Below, piece after piece: positions 29,047 through 39,953 of a DNA stretch of 64,000 nt. The stretch lies in the IMG/VR virus record IMGVR_UViG_3300010885_057925, positions 64,001 through 128,000 of that record; one strand, 5' to 3'. The notes below the pieces were generated by a model. The model did no database searches. It was not told the origin of the DNA and worked only from the letters and a program-made list of their open reading frames with translations. This stretch comes from a virus. The position numbers were made by a program, and so were the translations under genes. Numbering within the stretch: the stretch's first letter is position 1; every line of letters begins with the position of its first letter.

Positions 29047-29898
29047 TTATCTCTTCATTCCTGCGTATGTGATTGAGTCAGTTCCCGGTGAATCAGCCAA
29101 GCTAACGATCTGTCCGCAACTTGCCGATGTGCTTCCACGTGGGAACATCTGATCTGTCGATTCTCTGCTGAGAAGGAGCGCAGCTCTAATTTCGCCAGAT
29201 AGCAGCTCAGCATTATCCTCCCAATCACTCCCCTCAGTAAACGGGGTGTCGCTATCTGAGGGAGCTGATAAAAATGGAGGTTGCGACAGCCCAAGAGTGT
29301 CATGCTCGAATATCTCATCGAGATACGGCTCAACTGAGAGATCTATGGGAAATACAAAATCAACGATCCTATTGTTTCTCCTTCTAACGTCCTCTGCGGC
29401 GTTTGAAAGAGCTCCACGAACATCATGAGATTCATAAGGCCAATCTATCGAATTTCTGGATGCTCTAGATCTGATTGTTAGAGGCTCAATGACGCCATCA
29501 TATGAATCAGTGCTGTTGGCAGACGCGTTTAAAAGTACCTGAGGATAGATGAGAGTGGAACCTTCGTCTTCTATGAACACAACAGGATCGAAACGTTGCA
29601 TGTCCTCGTAGGCAGAGTCTGACGTGAAATCCCTAGGAACTCCGAAAGAGCGTTGCTCTGTCTCGAAGTTAGGATACTCTTCCACCTTTTCGGTGCCGAC
29701 AGACGTCGAAAAATTCTCGTCGTATGTCTTGAGGTTATCGACTCTCTTTCCGCCCACGACAATGATCGAACCATCACCAGATCTCATGACTGGAGTGATA
29801 CCAGCTCGATACTGACCGTAGGTTCGAACCTCTACCCCCTGCAGAAAGTTCTCAACGGCGCCTGACTCCGCTCCAATTTCGACAGCTGTCGTTGCCAA
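29047..29898 (-). CDS. Hypothetical virion protein
   Basis: Acidic 283-aa ORF in structural operon; GGAGG before TTG start. Confidence 0.6.
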   Translation of the reverse strand: MATTAVEIGAESGAVENFLQGVEVRTYGQYRAGITPVMRSGDGSIIVVGGKRVDNLKTYDENFSTSVGTEKVEEYPNFETEQRSFGVPRDFTSDSAYEDMQRFDPVVFIEDEGSTLIYPQVLLNASANSTDSYDGVIEPLTIRSRASRNSIDWPYESHDVRGALSNAAEDVRRRNNRIVDFVFPIDLSVEPYLDEIFEHDTLGLSQPPFLSAPSDSDTPFTEGSDWEDNAELLSGEIRAALLLSRESTDQMFPRGSTSASCGQIVSLADSPGTDSITYAGMKR

Positions 29899-29901
29899 AT
29901 C

Positions 29902-32900
29902 TTACCTCCCGACTCTAACGACCGCGAACTCTCCTACTGGATCAGTTGGGAACAGGCGGACGTACGTTCCAAAGTTTAAGTATTGGACTTTGGAACGTTC
30001 AAGAGCGTGAGGCTCGATAACGAAGTTGGAGCCCAGGAAGCGAGTGTTGCTAGGGATGAAATTTTCGATCAATGAACCCATCGACAAGTCGAACCACCTG
30101 AAGAACTCGTACAGTTGCTTCATCTTTATCCTTTCCGTCAATCGATTGAAGTAAACGTCTCTAAGAACTTCAAGCCTGACGTAATCAGGAGAGAATTGCA
30201 TCTCGGGAGCTCCGATTGCGTCGTCAAGCTCGTCCAAGGTCGCGAATATCTTGGCGATATCCTCATCTAACGATCTAACTGCAGAAACTTCGATAGAGAA
30301 ACGTAGATCATCGCTTGGTTCTTCCGATCTCGGGATCTCGTACACGGGAGCTACACCTGCGTGTAGATTGGGAGATATTTCCGGCTCTTGTAAGCTTCGT
30401 ATCCTGATTTTATTGTCCGTGGACGCTTCATCAAATCTGAGCGATGGAACGGAGCTCATGACTCTCTCGTTGTCAATGACTCTTGCAGAATTTTGAAATC
30501 CTTGACCCGCGAGATTGAAGTTATTCTGCGAGTAATCGACCAGGGATATAGTTCCATTGCTATAAGACGACGTAATTTCCTGGCTCGCCCACGCGTCGAT
30601 TCGAAGTCTTTCCCATGAACCCGTTACTTTAGTAACAAAGTTATAGTTTAGGGCTGGATTTTCGACTCCAACAGACTCAAAATTGGTAGCATGCTCATTA
30701 AGCTCGGGCAACGTGAGCTGCTTTGTCCAGAATCTTACTCTGGCAACTTTTCCGCTGAAGATTGTCTGGCGCGCAGTATCAGAAAAGCTAGATGAGTTCA
30801 AAAGTGGGTAAGCAGATGAGTAGCCGATCTCCTGCGGTCCGATGCACAGGAACGGCCCAGATGCATTCAAGGTCGGAGACAAGGTGTTCCAGGCAGAACC
30901 GCTGTCGAATAGGCTACCGGTCACCAGAGTGCCCTCTGGTGATGTGGCAGAGAGCCTTGATGCCCACAGGTAATAGGACGAGCTGGACTCGTTGTAAGAT
31001 CCGCTTCGTCCGAAAGATATGTGCCAGTTCTCTCCGTCGAAGACGTTACTTCCAGTGATCGTTAATCTCAGGAAGTTGCTTCTGCTGAAGTTGGGAGCTA
31101 CGTACAGGTCGATCGATGAGGTTGTAGATCCCTTTGTCACGACAAGGTTGGAGACCATTCCATGCTCGCTGGATGGTAATGAATTTCCGGTGACGTGGAA
31201 CCTCGCTAAGCTTTGCTCCGTGTTGTGCTGAAGACCCGGACCAAATTTATAGATCGCTTCGTAAGACCATGATCCTGACGTGAAGAGCCTGTCAGCAGAA
31301 TTTCCGGTAAGCGGTGGTCCTCCGGGCTCGGACCTTGATCCGCTGAGATACGAGCTCGACAAGAAAGGAACACCAGAGTATATGCCCTGAGGATTTGAAG
31401 CTGTCGTGAAATTGACCAACGATCCGCTGAAGTTCAAGAATCCCTGCACAATCGAGCGTGGAGATCTCGTCGGAAGCACGTATCCTGTGCTTTTTCCTCC
31501 GTACTCCTTGAACTTCATGATACTTTCAGGCTCAATTCCTGCAGCCCTGATCATAGATTTGATAGAATGGATTGTTCCCTTGGACCTAACAAGAGAAGGC
31601 AATTCCTTCAGTATACGACGCCATACGAGATTTTGAGTGTATTGGTATGTTGACTGCAGAGTTCCAACGTCGGACCTACTGCTCTCTCCTACGACACCTA
31701 GTTCCGGGCCGATCTGCGAGAACATATTAGGCAGCTGAATTCCGTAATAGTCGGCTAGCGCTGGCAAGAATTGATCAGAAACTGTTCCTACGTCTGTGTA
31801 TCCAACGTTCCTTAATTTAGATACGTGATCTATGTGACACTTCACCTCATCGAACTGCTTTGCCCAGATGTATAGAAGCGCAGATATGATCTGCACAGAT
31901 CCAAGCTTTGTTTTTCCGGGAAGTGTTCCGTCAGTGTCTATTGGTTGACCCACCTCACCCTCTATCGAATTTAAATCGTAGAATTCCTGCTCTTGCTTGA
32001 GGTAGTGCTGCGGAATGAGCTTCGTTATCAGGTTCGGATTATTAGCGTCGTATTCAGATCCTGAGGTGAGAAGCTCAGCGTTCAGCGATACTACATCAGG
32101 ATGATCGGAGAATAGAACAACGTTGTACTTCTCGAGCTCGGTTGACAACGGAGTTGAGAGGTGCTTAACTCTCTGGGAAGCTTGATAATTCGATACGTTG
32201 GTGTGTAGTCCATTTCCAGAGTGATCAATCGCTAGAGCGCTGTTGGAGTACGATCCCGTGGGCTCGTTGAACTTAAAATAGACTTTTAGATCGTCATTTC
32301 TATAATCTGGAAATGAGATCGTCGGACCTAGCTCTTCAGCGCTAAAATTGCGATGATAGATTCTAAACTCGTCCAGAGAACCAGAGAATCTAGAGGCGGG
32401 AGAGAAAGTAAAAGATCCCACCGTGTGATCGGTGCCTGAACCGATGAGAAGCGAACTAGCAGCAAAATCTATTTGTCCGAATCTAACTGAGTCACTTGAC
32501 GTCGCTGCTAGTTCGCCGTTAACGTACAACTGGACCTTGTCAACCCCTGAGTCCCTGTTGTGTTGAGCTGCGAATGATATGAAGGATCCCTTGGGAATTG
32601 AGACAGAGGCTGTCATGTAGTTCGATGAACCGGAGCTCACGAACATGCAGAGAGAGCAGCTTGTCGCCAAAGCGCTGGAGGAAAGTGCCACCGTGTAACC
32701 AGCGGTGGACCCGTTGAGCTTTTGGGCTATGATTTGGTTACCATTCGCAATCTCCGGGACAAAGAGATACGAAAACACGGTGTAAGACGATAGCTCGGGG
32801 TTCAAGACACTTTTACCAGTGGTATCGCGTGACATTTCTGGTATAGTGACACCCGCCCTGTCTTTCACCGCAAGATGATTGGTCAAATCGAAGTTGAGGT

Positions 32901-33264
32901 ATCCGAGATACTTGGGCATCGAGTCATAAACGTATTTCTCGAAACCAGTGAGTTCATCGAGAAATTGCTCTATCTCCTCCCTGGTGCCGTCAAAAGGAAA
33001 TTCATTTATGACTTTCTCAAAAGCAACGTTTGTTTTAGCCTGCGCTGAATTGAAGAACGTATGATTCTCAAACTTTGACCAATCGAGCGGAAGCTGTTGG
33101 GTTGACTTAACACCCGTGCCTATCGCGTCGTATCTAAAAGACGAAGAAGAGCCCACGACATTGTTTATCACGCTTCCTAGCGTCTGATCTATGACAGACG
33201 CACTGTTTCCTCGAAGATTAGCTTGCGCTACATCTCCGTACGTGGGTCCGAATATTCCAGGCAT
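29902..33264 (-). CDS. Baseplate-associated structural protein with two LamG-like domains
   Basis: QLYVNGEL..FSGSLDEFRIYHR..YFKFNEPTG; WHISFGR..FSGKVARVRFW; WRRILKELPSLVRSKGTIHSIKSMI resembles wedge/P2 gpI-type motif. Confidence 0.7.
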   Translation of the reverse strand: MPGIFGPTYGDVAQANLRGNSASVIDQTLGSVINNVVGSSSSFRYDAIGTGVKSTQQLPLDWSKFENHTFFNSAQAKTNVAFEKVINEFPFDGTREEIEQFLDELTGFEKYVYDSMPKYLGYLNFDLTNHLAVKDRAGVTIPEMSRDTTGKSVLNPELSSYTVFSYLFVPEIANGNQIIAQKLNGSTAGYTVALSSSALATSCSLCMFVSSGSSNYMTASVSIPKGSFISFAAQHNRDSGVDKVQLYVNGELAATSSDSVRFGQIDFAASSLLIGSGTDHTVGSFTFSPASRFSGSLDEFRIYHRNFSAEELGPTISFPDYRNDDLKVYFKFNEPTGSYSNSALAIDHSGNGLHTNVSNYQASQRVKHLSTPLSTELEKYNVVLFSDHPDVVSLNAELLTSGSEYDANNPNLITKLIPQHYLKQEQEFYDLNSIEGEVGQPIDTDGTLPGKTKLGSVQIISALLYIWAKQFDEVKCHIDHVSKLRNVGYTDVGTVSDQFLPALADYYGIQLPNMFSQIGPELGVVGESSRSDVGTLQSTYQYTQNLVWRRILKELPSLVRSKGTIHSIKSMIRAAGIEPESIMKFKEYGGKSTGYVLPTRSPRSIVQGFLNFSGSLVNFTTASNPQGIYSGVPFLSSSYLSGSRSEPGGPPLTGNSADRLFTSGSWSYEAIYKFGPGLQHNTEQSLARFHVTGNSLPSSEHGMVSNLVVTKGSTTSSIDLYVAPNFSRSNFLRLTITGSNVFDGENWHISFGRSGSYNESSSSYYLWASRLSATSPEGTLVTGSLFDSGSAWNTLSPTLNASGPFLCIGPQEIGYSSAYPLLNSSSFSDTARQTIFSGKVARVRFWTKQLTLPELNEHATNFESVGVENPALNYNFVTKVTGSWERLRIDAWASQEITSSYSNGTISLVDYSQNNFNLAGQGFQNSARVIDNERVMSSVPSLRFDEASTDNKIRIRSLQEPEISPNLHAGVAPVYEIPRSEEPSDDLRFSIEVSAVRSLDEDIAKIFATLDELDDAIGAPEMQFSPDYVRLEVLRDVYFNRLTERIKMKQLYEFFRWFDLSMGSLIENFIPSNTRFLGSNFVIEPHALERSKVQYLNFGTYVRLFPTDPVGEFAVVRVGR

Positions 33265-34763
33265 CAGCTCTCCTCTATCCTGAACTTGAATCCTTGATCT
33301 CTTACTATACGCTCCGTTCCTCTATCATTAACAAGATAGTCTACCGTGAAAAGCTTTCCAGACGGAAGCCCGTCTGTGCTCATATTGAAAAATAATCCCG
33401 TAGAATCTGAGGACAACTTGGTCCCTGAGTCGAAGGGAATATAAACATCATCAGTTCCATCGACTCTTACCCTGTATTTCACGTCATTCGGTATCACGCT
33501 TTTAACGGGTCTTTGAACTTTTGTTGCCGAAGGCTCGTAATCAGGATCATAAACAAAAACTTTAACTTTGTAAGTCTTACCTGAGTTGTAAGATGGAAAC
33601 GCGTTGGTAGCTTTGATGATCAAGTCACGTGATGATTCAATAAACGCGCTTCTAATCGGCAGAGAGCAGGTCACGAACGAGGAAAGGTACGTAACACTAC
33701 GATCTATGGAGCTCCACGTTTCGCTAAAGATAATGGAGCCAGATGATCTCAGGTGTTGAGACAGAGTGATGGTCCCACTTACGAAATTGCTGTTTTGAGC
33801 TGAGATGTACAGGTTGCCTGAGTAGAGACCAGCTGATCGTGCCGTTCCGATTGAAACTTGCGAAGCGCTAACGGTTGTTGACCAGCTTCCAGTCGAAATT
33901 GTCAGAAGCATGCAATTGCTTCCAGTCACTTCGATCGACCTGGAAAGAACGTTTGCAAGACCAGAACCCACGTAATTCCTCAGATATAAAGATCCTGTGG
34001 AGTCAAAGTAGAAATTCTCATGAGAATCGTTGATTGAATCGTCGAAAGATATCTCAAGCCTTGGTCTTAAAGCGTGCTCAATAACATGACGACTAGCGAA
34101 TCTCTTAACGAATCTCGTGACGTCATCAGTCTCCTGGCTTCCACTGAAGGAAAGACGAAATCCGTTGTTTTGAACAATCCCGCCGAGTGTGGCTGAGATA
34201 ACGTTTGTTACGTCTACGAAAAGATCTTCGTTTCCATTCTCAAAATACTGCGAATTTCCTAGGTTAACGAGACCAGCTCCTAGATTTCCAGATGCGTAGT
34301 AATCAACGTTATCTCCTATCGAACCTGACGCTTCAGCGCCAGACATAATCCACAAATTTTCAGCAGATGAACTAAGAAAATTTGCAGCCCCTATGTCTGA
34401 GTACGCAGCGACATCTCTTCCGTATCCTTCGGAAAATGATCTTGCTAGCGGAAATGTCGATACAGTGAAGTTGTATGGGACTGGCAGTCCGGAAGACACG
34501 GACTTTAGTCTTATTTTCGCCTTGAATGATGGATTGTTGGGATTCACCGACGATGACGTCAAAGAATTTAGCTTCGATAAGTCAAATTTTAGCAGAAGTC
34601 GTGACAGCTCGATTACGGGAGATGATCCGGAGACGGTCTCATCATAGAGCTTGAACAAATCTAGAGTCCCGGCGCGACCTACGTTAGAATTAATCGATCT
34701 GGAACCATCGACAATTTTGTTTGTTATGTATGTGTCTGCCGAGGCGGTCAATAGCATGTACAT
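33264..34763 (-). CDS. Virion structural protein
   Basis: ADTYIT..SRLLLKFDL..VDVTNVI..NNGFRL..RPRLEISFDD beta-sandwich pattern; coupled to baseplate wedge gene. Confidence 0.65.
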   Translation of the reverse strand: MYMLLTASADTYITNKIVDGSRSINSNVGRAGTLDLFKLYDETVSGSSPVIELSRLLLKFDLSKLNSLTSSSVNPNNPSFKAKIRLKSVSSGLPVPYNFTVSTFPLARSFSEGYGRDVAAYSDIGAANFLSSSAENLWIMSGAEASGSIGDNVDYYASGNLGAGLVNLGNSQYFENGNEDLFVDVTNVISATLGGIVQNNGFRLSFSGSQETDDVTRFVKRFASRHVIEHALRPRLEISFDDSINDSHENFYFDSTGSLYLRNYVGSGLANVLSRSIEVTGSNCMLLTISTGSWSTTVSASQVSIGTARSAGLYSGNLYISAQNSNFVSGTITLSQHLRSSGSIIFSETWSSIDRSVTYLSSFVTCSLPIRSAFIESSRDLIIKATNAFPSYNSGKTYKVKVFVYDPDYEPSATKVQRPVKSVIPNDVKYRVRVDGTDDVYIPFDSGTKLSSDSTGLFFNMSTDGLPSGKLFTVDYLVNDRGTERIVRDQGFKFRIEES

Positions 34764-36601
34764 TAGAGAGCGCTCCCGATGATGTCGTAGTTCGGATACT
34801 TGAGTTCGAATATGCTACCAGGTGGTCCATAAACTGCTCCACGAACCGTGCTTTGTCCCACGTTCATAGAGTTGACCGAGTACGTACGACCTTGAGAGCT
34901 GACGGCGACATTCTCTATTTTCAGATCGACAAGAGAGAGAACTCCAGCGCTGTTTATGATCGCGCTCTGTATGTCAGAAATTAGTATCGGCTGATCAATC
35001 TGAAAGTTATCGACCGTCAGCATTCCGACCAAGCTGTTGATCACGTTTTGCAGTACGAGCGGTTTATTAGCATTCGGATTGACGATGATAGAAAATCTAA
35101 CTCTAAAGTTTATTACTTTGGTGTCCAGAATATCGATTGCATCATTGATCAGTCTGAATTCGTTCAAATAAGTCCTAAGATTCTTCTTAAGAGTATCTGT
35201 CGCTGTTGTAAGATATCCGCTCGCGTCTTTAGTACACACGTATAGTTGACTTGACAGCGGGTTGTTCGGATTCGGGCGAACACCTGCCCTATAAACTCTT
35301 CCCAACTTCGAGGGAAGCGTATAGACCCTGGCGATTAAATCTTCTCTTGTGACGATTCTGTCCTGCCTACTTCTAGCTGATGGTATTTGAGATCTCAATT
35401 GCTCAAGAGTCAATGCGTTATCTCCACCTCGAGCTGGAAAATCATTTCTTACATCTATAGACGCTCTAACGCTAGCAGCGACTGTTGAAGTAACAGCATC
35501 AGGGAATTGTATTCTGAGGATTTGAACCGCTCTAATGGTTCTAGAAGCGACATTGTGGCTCAAGCCTCCACCGTATCTGTATGTGACGCTTAGAGTCGTT
35601 GAGCTTGGTAAGATGCCCAATGTCTTCGTTTGAAGAAGAGAGTTGGGATCCAGGCTGAATCTGGAGAGAGTAGTTTTTCCGTATAGCGGAATTGCCAAGG
35701 TCTCAGGATCTGGAATTGCGTCGTCTTCTGTCGTTAACGCCGTGCCACCGCCGAACTGAAGGTTGGTGGTTCTAGTAGAAGGAGAAGAAACTGTGACAAA
35801 TCTTCTTGGGGCCGGTATCACGTCCATAGATCGTGGAACTTCTTCGGAATCAGAAGAAAGATTCGGAAATGTCTTGAATACAGTATCCTGACTTAGCGTT
35901 TGAACTTCGTAGTATTCATTTCCCTCTGCATCAACCACGCTCATAATTTCACTAACGTCTGTGTTGCTGAGAGTTATCGTGAAAAAAGGCGATGGTGAGT
36001 TACCGATAGTGAATGTTTCAGTCGAGACGTTGCCAGATGTGCAAACGACATCTCTTTTAAGAATAAAGCTTGTCGGGCTATTGCTGGCGTTGACGTCTCC
36101 TACCACGTAAGTCGCACGCAAATTTCCAAGTCTATCAATTTCTGCGAAGTCTACATCCTCAGTTGTCGTAAAAGATATGCCCGAGGATGATGCCAATGTC
36201 GTATTTTGGAGAACACGAGGCAGAGTGTCCGCGTCAGGTACGTAATTTCCATTTATTAATTTAGACGGAGCTTCTATGAAAATTGTCACAGTCACGCTGG
36301 CTGGTGAAGCTCCGGAAGATTTCACACCCGCTTCCTGAAGCATCCTGGAAATATTTTCGATTTCTATCGCAGTGCTCCACCCAAGCTCTCTGAATTGATG
36401 GTCCATGTAGAAAGACATAGAATCCGCCACTGTGGCAGCCATGTCCAGAAATAGACCCCCAACGCTAGCCTCAGAAAAATCTTGGATTTTATCCCCGAAA
36501 TAAGTTCTTGAATAACGCAACAGGTCGGCTCGAAATGAATCGAAGTCTCTAGCTAGGTAAGTTCTATTGCGTGCGTTTCTGAACTGCTGGTCTCCTGCCA
36601 T
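34763..36601 (-). CDS. Baseplate wedge protein, T4 gp6/gpJ-like
   Basis: YLARDFDSFRADL..YF..DFSEASVGGLFLDM..SFYMDHQ; ARGGD..QDRIVTREDL; follows gp25-like gene. Confidence 0.9.
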   Translation of the reverse strand: MAGDQQFRNARNRTYLARDFDSFRADLLRYSRTYFGDKIQDFSEASVGGLFLDMAATVADSMSFYMDHQFRELGWSTAIEIENISRMLQEAGVKSSGASPASVTVTIFIEAPSKLINGNYVPDADTLPRVLQNTTLASSSGISFTTTEDVDFAEIDRLGNLRATYVVGDVNASNSPTSFILKRDVVCTSGNVSTETFTIGNSPSPFFTITLSNTDVSEIMSVVDAEGNEYYEVQTLSQDTVFKTFPNLSSDSEEVPRSMDVIPAPRRFVTVSSPSTRTTNLQFGGGTALTTEDDAIPDPETLAIPLYGKTTLSRFSLDPNSLLQTKTLGILPSSTTLSVTYRYGGGLSHNVASRTIRAVQILRIQFPDAVTSTVAASVRASIDVRNDFPARGGDNALTLEQLRSQIPSARSRQDRIVTREDLIARVYTLPSKLGRVYRAGVRPNPNNPLSSQLYVCTKDASGYLTTATDTLKKNLRTYLNEFRLINDAIDILDTKVINFRVRFSIIVNPNANKPLVLQNVINSLVGMLTVDNFQIDQPILISDIQSAIINSAGVLSLVDLKIENVAVSSQGRTYSVNSMNVGQSTVRGAVYGPPGSIFELKYPNYDIIGSAL

Positions 36602-37084
36602 TTATCCTCCGAATCTCATTGTCAACAAGAGATTCTGATTTGCTATATTTGCGCTTGGGACGGAATACGTTATCAACATTTTTATCAAAGCTGTTGCGCT
36701 AGTATCCGAAATCTCGTTAGTAAGAGAAAAATCTTCCAGAGTTATAAAGGGCATGTACTTTTCTGTTGCAGCCTTTATTCGACGCATAGCCTCTTCATCA
36801 GCGTCCTCAGCCCCAAGCTCGAAAGCGAGCGGAGCAAGATTGGCTCCAAAATCTGGGAATGCCAGTCTCTCGTTCCTGTTGGTGAGTATTAAATTTCTCA
36901 GATTGTCTTTGATCTGATCGGCTAAAGATCGATGCATTTTAAGAAGACCGTCGTCCGTCGACCCGATCTCGATTGGCGTCTTTATCCCTATCGGGGGCGC
37001 GGTGATACGAGCTCTCGCTCTCGCGTTGTAATCGACCGTCTTTTCTCCGACGCTTTTGAAACTGTAAGATTTTGCCTCAGCCAT
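36602..37084 (-). CDS. Baseplate protein, gp25/GpW-like
   Basis: QIKDNLRNLILTNRNERLAFPDFGANL..FE..KYMPFI. Confidence 0.9.
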   Translation of the reverse strand: MAEAKSYSFKSVGEKTVDYNARARARITAPPIGIKTPIEIGSTDDGLLKMHRSLADQIKDNLRNLILTNRNERLAFPDFGANLAPLAFELGAEDADEEAMRRIKAATEKYMPFITLEDFSLTNEISDTSATALIKMLITYSVPSANIANQNLLLTMRFGG

Positions 37085-37124
37085 CTTTAAGCACTTCCGC
37101 TATTAAATAGCTCGAAGCTAAAAA

Positions 37125-38579
37125 TCACTCACCGTAGATGACAGTAGAAGCTAAAGTGTTGACGTTGAGACCATCAGACAGCTCGCCCTTAAATTGAATC
37201 GATGTAGCCGAGCGTTGCGTCAAATTAGCGATCTCTGTCGCAGCAGATGCTCCAAGAGCAGCGGCGGGAGGAACAAGCGTAGTTGCAGCAGCTCCGAAAG
37301 TTGACAGCGCTGATGACAGAGTGGAAACGGTGTTGACAAGAGATTGATGTTCGTCTATCATTCTATTGAGAAACGATGACAGCTTGTCAAGCCTGATGTA
37401 AGGCTGAAGATTAAAGCTTGATCCCTCTTGCGAGACGTAGGGAGTTAGAAAAATTTTAGGAGAAGCAATCTGAACAGACCCATTTTCGTCCATGATGATG
37501 GCCGCTCCGTCATCCGCAGTTGGCTCTTTCAATATTTTTATGCTCTTTCGTGATACCAATCTTAAATTGTCAGCTTTTGCGACAAAAAAAGATCCAACTT
37601 TCATGTCTTGGTTGTCTATAACGGCAGGACCAGTGATGTCTGCTGGTGGTTTTAATGACAGCAGCGCATCAGGACCTGTTAGGTCGTCAGAATCAGCAGT
37701 GATGTATATCCTCGCTGCATCATCAGCAAAATTAGCGTCTCCTTCGTTCACAGACTCATCGGGACTTATTCTTTTGTCTATTTCTGGATTTAGAAGCTCC
37801 ATCAGAACGGTCTTTGCTGTAGAAGTTATTTTTCTTCCAACAACAATGTCAATAGCGGGCTTTCCAACCAAAACCTCATCGTTAGATTCGCTTTTGTCAA
37901 TCTCGACCAATCCTGTGCGTCCCCTCTCCTCTCCTAGCATTATCAAAGAATTGTTAGATCCCTGCATGACAAAATCTCCAGGTCTTTTCGTGTACCTGGG
38001 AATTGCATCGAACCTGTGAACTTGCTTCGCGTATTCGATGAGATCAATCATCTCTGTAGGATTAGACGTCGGAGATTCGGTCGAGTCCAATTGCTTTGGA
38101 GAATCAGCTGCATCGCTTTGCGTCGAACCCGACTCGCGATCAGAAAACTTGTCGCTAGTTCTCTTCTTTACGACCGCGGAGCTCGTTGAAGTCTTGTAAG
38201 TTCTTCTATTGTACGCGTAATTCACGTCTTCAACGTGTCTCGGTCCGTGAATTCTAGATATCCAGTATCCGATCGCAGATCTTCCCGGTGGGTTGTATTC
38301 TTCGAACATGACCCAAACTTCTTCGCCAGGCTTCACTGGCATAGAAAAATGAGAAGAGAAAAACGGATAGCAAATTACCTCTCCATCGTCTCCACCGTTA
38401 GTTTTCGATTCACCATTAGAAAGAATCTTAACGACCACAGAGTTTCTGGGGAGATGTTTGAGATTCTCATCTCCAGCTACCCTCCCAGCGTATTCTGATA
38501 TCGTTTTTCTAGTGCTTCCCTTCTGCGCAGGGTTCGTCAAAATGTCGGTTACAATAGCACGAACAAATGCGGCTGGCAT
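37125..38579 (-). CDS. Baseplate hub/spike protein, gp5/VgrG-like (no lysozyme domain seen)
   Basis: YPFF..MPVKPGEEVWVMF..GYWISR OB-fold pattern; PGDFVMQGSNNSLIMLG; position before gp25 and gp6. Confidence 0.6.
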   Translation of the reverse strand: MPAAFVRAIVTDILTNPAQKGSTRKTISEYAGRVAGDENLKHLPRNSVVVKILSNGESKTNGGDDGEVICYPFFSSHFSMPVKPGEEVWVMFEEYNPPGRSAIGYWISRIHGPRHVEDVNYAYNRRTYKTSTSSAVVKKRTSDKFSDRESGSTQSDAADSPKQLDSTESPTSNPTEMIDLIEYAKQVHRFDAIPRYTKRPGDFVMQGSNNSLIMLGEERGRTGLVEIDKSESNDEVLVGKPAIDIVVGRKITSTAKTVLMELLNPEIDKRISPDESVNEGDANFADDAARIYITADSDDLTGPDALLSLKPPADITGPAVIDNQDMKVGSFFVAKADNLRLVSRKSIKILKEPTADDGAAIIMDENGSVQIASPKIFLTPYVSQEGSSFNLQPYIRLDKLSSFLNRMIDEHQSLVNTVSTLSSALSTFGAAATTLVPPAAALGASAATEIANLTQRSATSIQFKGELSDGLNVNTLASTVIYGE

Positions 38580-38582
38580 CTC

Positions 38583-38945
38583 TTACTTCTTTATCCTTTC
38601 AAAGATGTCGTCCTCTGATATTTGCTCAGTGCTTGTCTCAGAGTCAGCAATAAGCTTGGCCAAATTAAGCAACTGCTCATTGCTTTTTGACATTCTCTCG
38701 AGATATTTTGTCAGCGTTTGACCAAGCGTAGCGTGATCTGCCGACGATCCTCCCATGTTTGAGTATAGATCGGTGAAAAGTATGTGAGCGCTCGTTCGAT
38801 CAACGATCGCATTCTCGTATATCTCTTTCCATAGAAGCTTCTTCTTCTCAGAAGCGCTCTCTATTGAATCAAGAATATCAGAGAACTGCTCAACTTTCTT
38901 GTCGTTGTCTTTCAGCTTTTCCAATATCTTGTCGATCGATCCCAT
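38583..38945 (-). CDS. Hypothetical helical protein
   Basis: 120-aa ORF coupled (TGATG) to the sigma factor gene. Confidence 0.7.
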   Translation of the reverse strand: MGSIDKILEKLKDNDKKVEQFSDILDSIESASEKKKLLWKEIYENAIVDRTSAHILFTDLYSNMGGSSADHATLGQTLTKYLERMSKSNEQLLNLAKLIADSETSTEQISEDDIFERIKK

Positions 38946-39664
38946 CAGATGAAATCTCCATTTTTAGCTATTATTCTGTACTGCTTCCTGATTGAAGACA
39001 TTGCAGAGCCTAACTGCTTTTGATTGAGGTTGGAGATGTTCTTGACATATACAAATACGGCTCGCTTGTTCAAAAAATCAAGATCGTCTATCTGCGTGAA
39101 CACTGTTATAATAGCATCGATGCAAGATTGCTCATGAGGCTGATACAAATTTCGCTTTATCCTCTTCATCATGTCAAGAATAAGCTCTCTACGACCAGAC
39201 TCGATCATCTGCTCTTCTGGGTTCGGGCCGATTTGACTGCTGTTGTAGTACTCAGCTTCTCTCGAATTGCTGTCGCGAAGATCTTCGATCGATACGAATC
39301 TCTTGCCTTTCTTCTGACGATTCTTAGAATAGATGACAAGCCAATTTCTGGCTACAACGTTGAAGTATGAAAATGCTTTGCTACCGCGTGATGCATCGAA
39401 TTTATGAAGCGATTCGTACAAGAACGTAACGCAATCATTCTTAAGATGCTCGATCGGTTCATTCGGGGCAGCAAATCCGTAAATGAAGATGAGACTCTCA
39501 ACCAGCTTATCAAAAGCTGGCATGATCCTGCCAACGTAGATCTTATGCTTATCATCTATGACAGCAGCGGCTTGGAATTCTTCAATTGCCTTCTGCGTCT
39601 CAGCGTCGAAATACAGAGTGCCGGTACCGTTGCCCCGCTTAACTATCCTTTTTGCTGCTGCCAC
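38945..39664 (-). CDS. RNA polymerase sigma factor, probable late sigma (gp55-like)
   Basis: Region-2-like LHKFDASRGSKAFSYFNVVARNWL; precedes baseplate genes. Confidence 0.8.
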   Translation of the reverse strand: MAAAKRIVKRGNGTGTLYFDAETQKAIEEFQAAAVIDDKHKIYVGRIMPAFDKLVESLIFIYGFAAPNEPIEHLKNDCVTFLYESLHKFDASRGSKAFSYFNVVARNWLVIYSKNRQKKGKRFVSIEDLRDSNSREAEYYNSSQIGPNPEEQMIESGRRELILDMMKRIKRNLYQPHEQSCIDAIITVFTQIDDLDFLNKRAVFVYVKNISNLNQKQLGSAMSSIRKQYRIIAKNGDFI

Positions 39665-39953
39665 TCTCTTCCTCTTCTTCTTGGATCGATGTTAGCTGTT
39701 TCGCTACGTAAAGTATCGTCTCTCTTGACTTCCTTATGTCTTCAACAGCGCGTTTAATCTCTGGTGAATCATAAAAGAGTGGTACTTTCAGTATCTTGGA
39801 AATTGAATTATATCTCTTATCCAAGGCGTCAAGTGATTCTTCGATCGCGTCTTGAACACGTAACATCGTAAGGCCAAGTTTGTAATTGTAATACAACGAG
39901 GCTATCAATGCTATTGTCTCTATTAAAAGAAGCACGATCATGAATATCATCAC
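39639..39953 (-). CDS. Small membrane-anchored coiled-coil protein
   Basis: N-terminal hydrophobic helix IFMIVLLLIETIALIASLYY followed by heptad-like helix. Confidence 0.7.
   Translation of the reverse strand: MMIFMIVLLLIETIALIASLYYNYKLGLTMLRVQDAIEESLDALDKRYNSISKILKVPLFYDSPEIKRAVEDIRKSRETILYVAKQLTSIQEEEEESGSSKKDS

Noticed and set aside
37108-37120. Small hairpin TAGCT-TCG-AGCTA as a terminator
   Set aside because: Only a 5-bp stem with a weak U-tract, overlapping the candidate late promoter; too weak to call.
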